Assembly (NCBI GenBank): GCA_963706595.1
Contig: OY970166.1
Location: 512,001-576,000, forward strand
Source of the DNA: an uncultured cyanobacterium
GTDB lineage: Bacteria > Cyanobacteriota > Cyanobacteriia > Cyanobacteriales > Nostocaceae
Direction of reading: 5' to 3'
DNA: 64,000 nucleotides
The notes under the pieces were generated by a model that saw only the letters and a list, made by a program, of their open reading frames with translations, was not told the DNA's origin and ran no database searches. A program made the translations under genes and the position numbers. This document shows positions 63,848 through 64,000 of the stretch, piece by piece; position 1 is the first letter of the stretch, and each line of letters starts with the position of its first letter.

Positions 63848-64000
63848 TAGTGGCGTGACAAGCTTAAAATTTTGCAAAAAATTGTAGCGTTGGGTTGCGC
63901 TGCGCTTGACAATCAAGACAGTCGCTACGTCTACGTCCCGAAGACGGTGTGAGTGACGCAGATATTTAGGCAAAGCCGTGAATTTTCCCAGCTATTTATC
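63848..64000. mobile_element. End of another IS630-family element or MITE (runs off the window)
   Basis: TAGTGGCGTGACAAGCTTAAAAT is identical to the IS end at 11874. Confidence 0.75.

Noticed and set aside
1..64000. tRNA, rRNA, cas genes, integrase/prophage, nitrogenase cluster
   Set aside because: None recognised by eye. nifJ here has no nif structural genes beside it within the window.

Overview
Chromosomal segment of a heterocyst-forming cyanobacterium (Nostocales; many HIP1 GCGATCGC octamers, STRR heptamer repeats, a devBCA operon with a canonical NtcA promoter). Core genes are nifJ (3' part), glpK, rbp-rpsU, ftsH, psbP, maf, pcyA, devBCA, cyaB2, a split TMEM165/GDT1 pair, psb30, recJ, sbcD, mnmG and a two-domain PPK2. 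Accessory content includes a toxin-antitoxin/AbiTii islet, an intact IS630 followed by two tandem MITEs built from its own ends, and a 16-repeat CRISPR array with no cas genes in the window. There are also two iron-uptake ABC cassettes, a TonB-dependent receptor cleanly interrupted by a TnpB-only IS200/IS605 element, and two paralogous double-glycine-leader peptides. The best candidate for an undescribed system is an AT-rich, HIP1-poor three-gene operon (49314-56378). It encodes a DUF4011/SF1 helicase whose nuclease motif looks degenerate, a multidomain trypsin-like protease, and an uncharacterised 362-aa protein. All domain calls come from motif recognition by eye; no searches were run.
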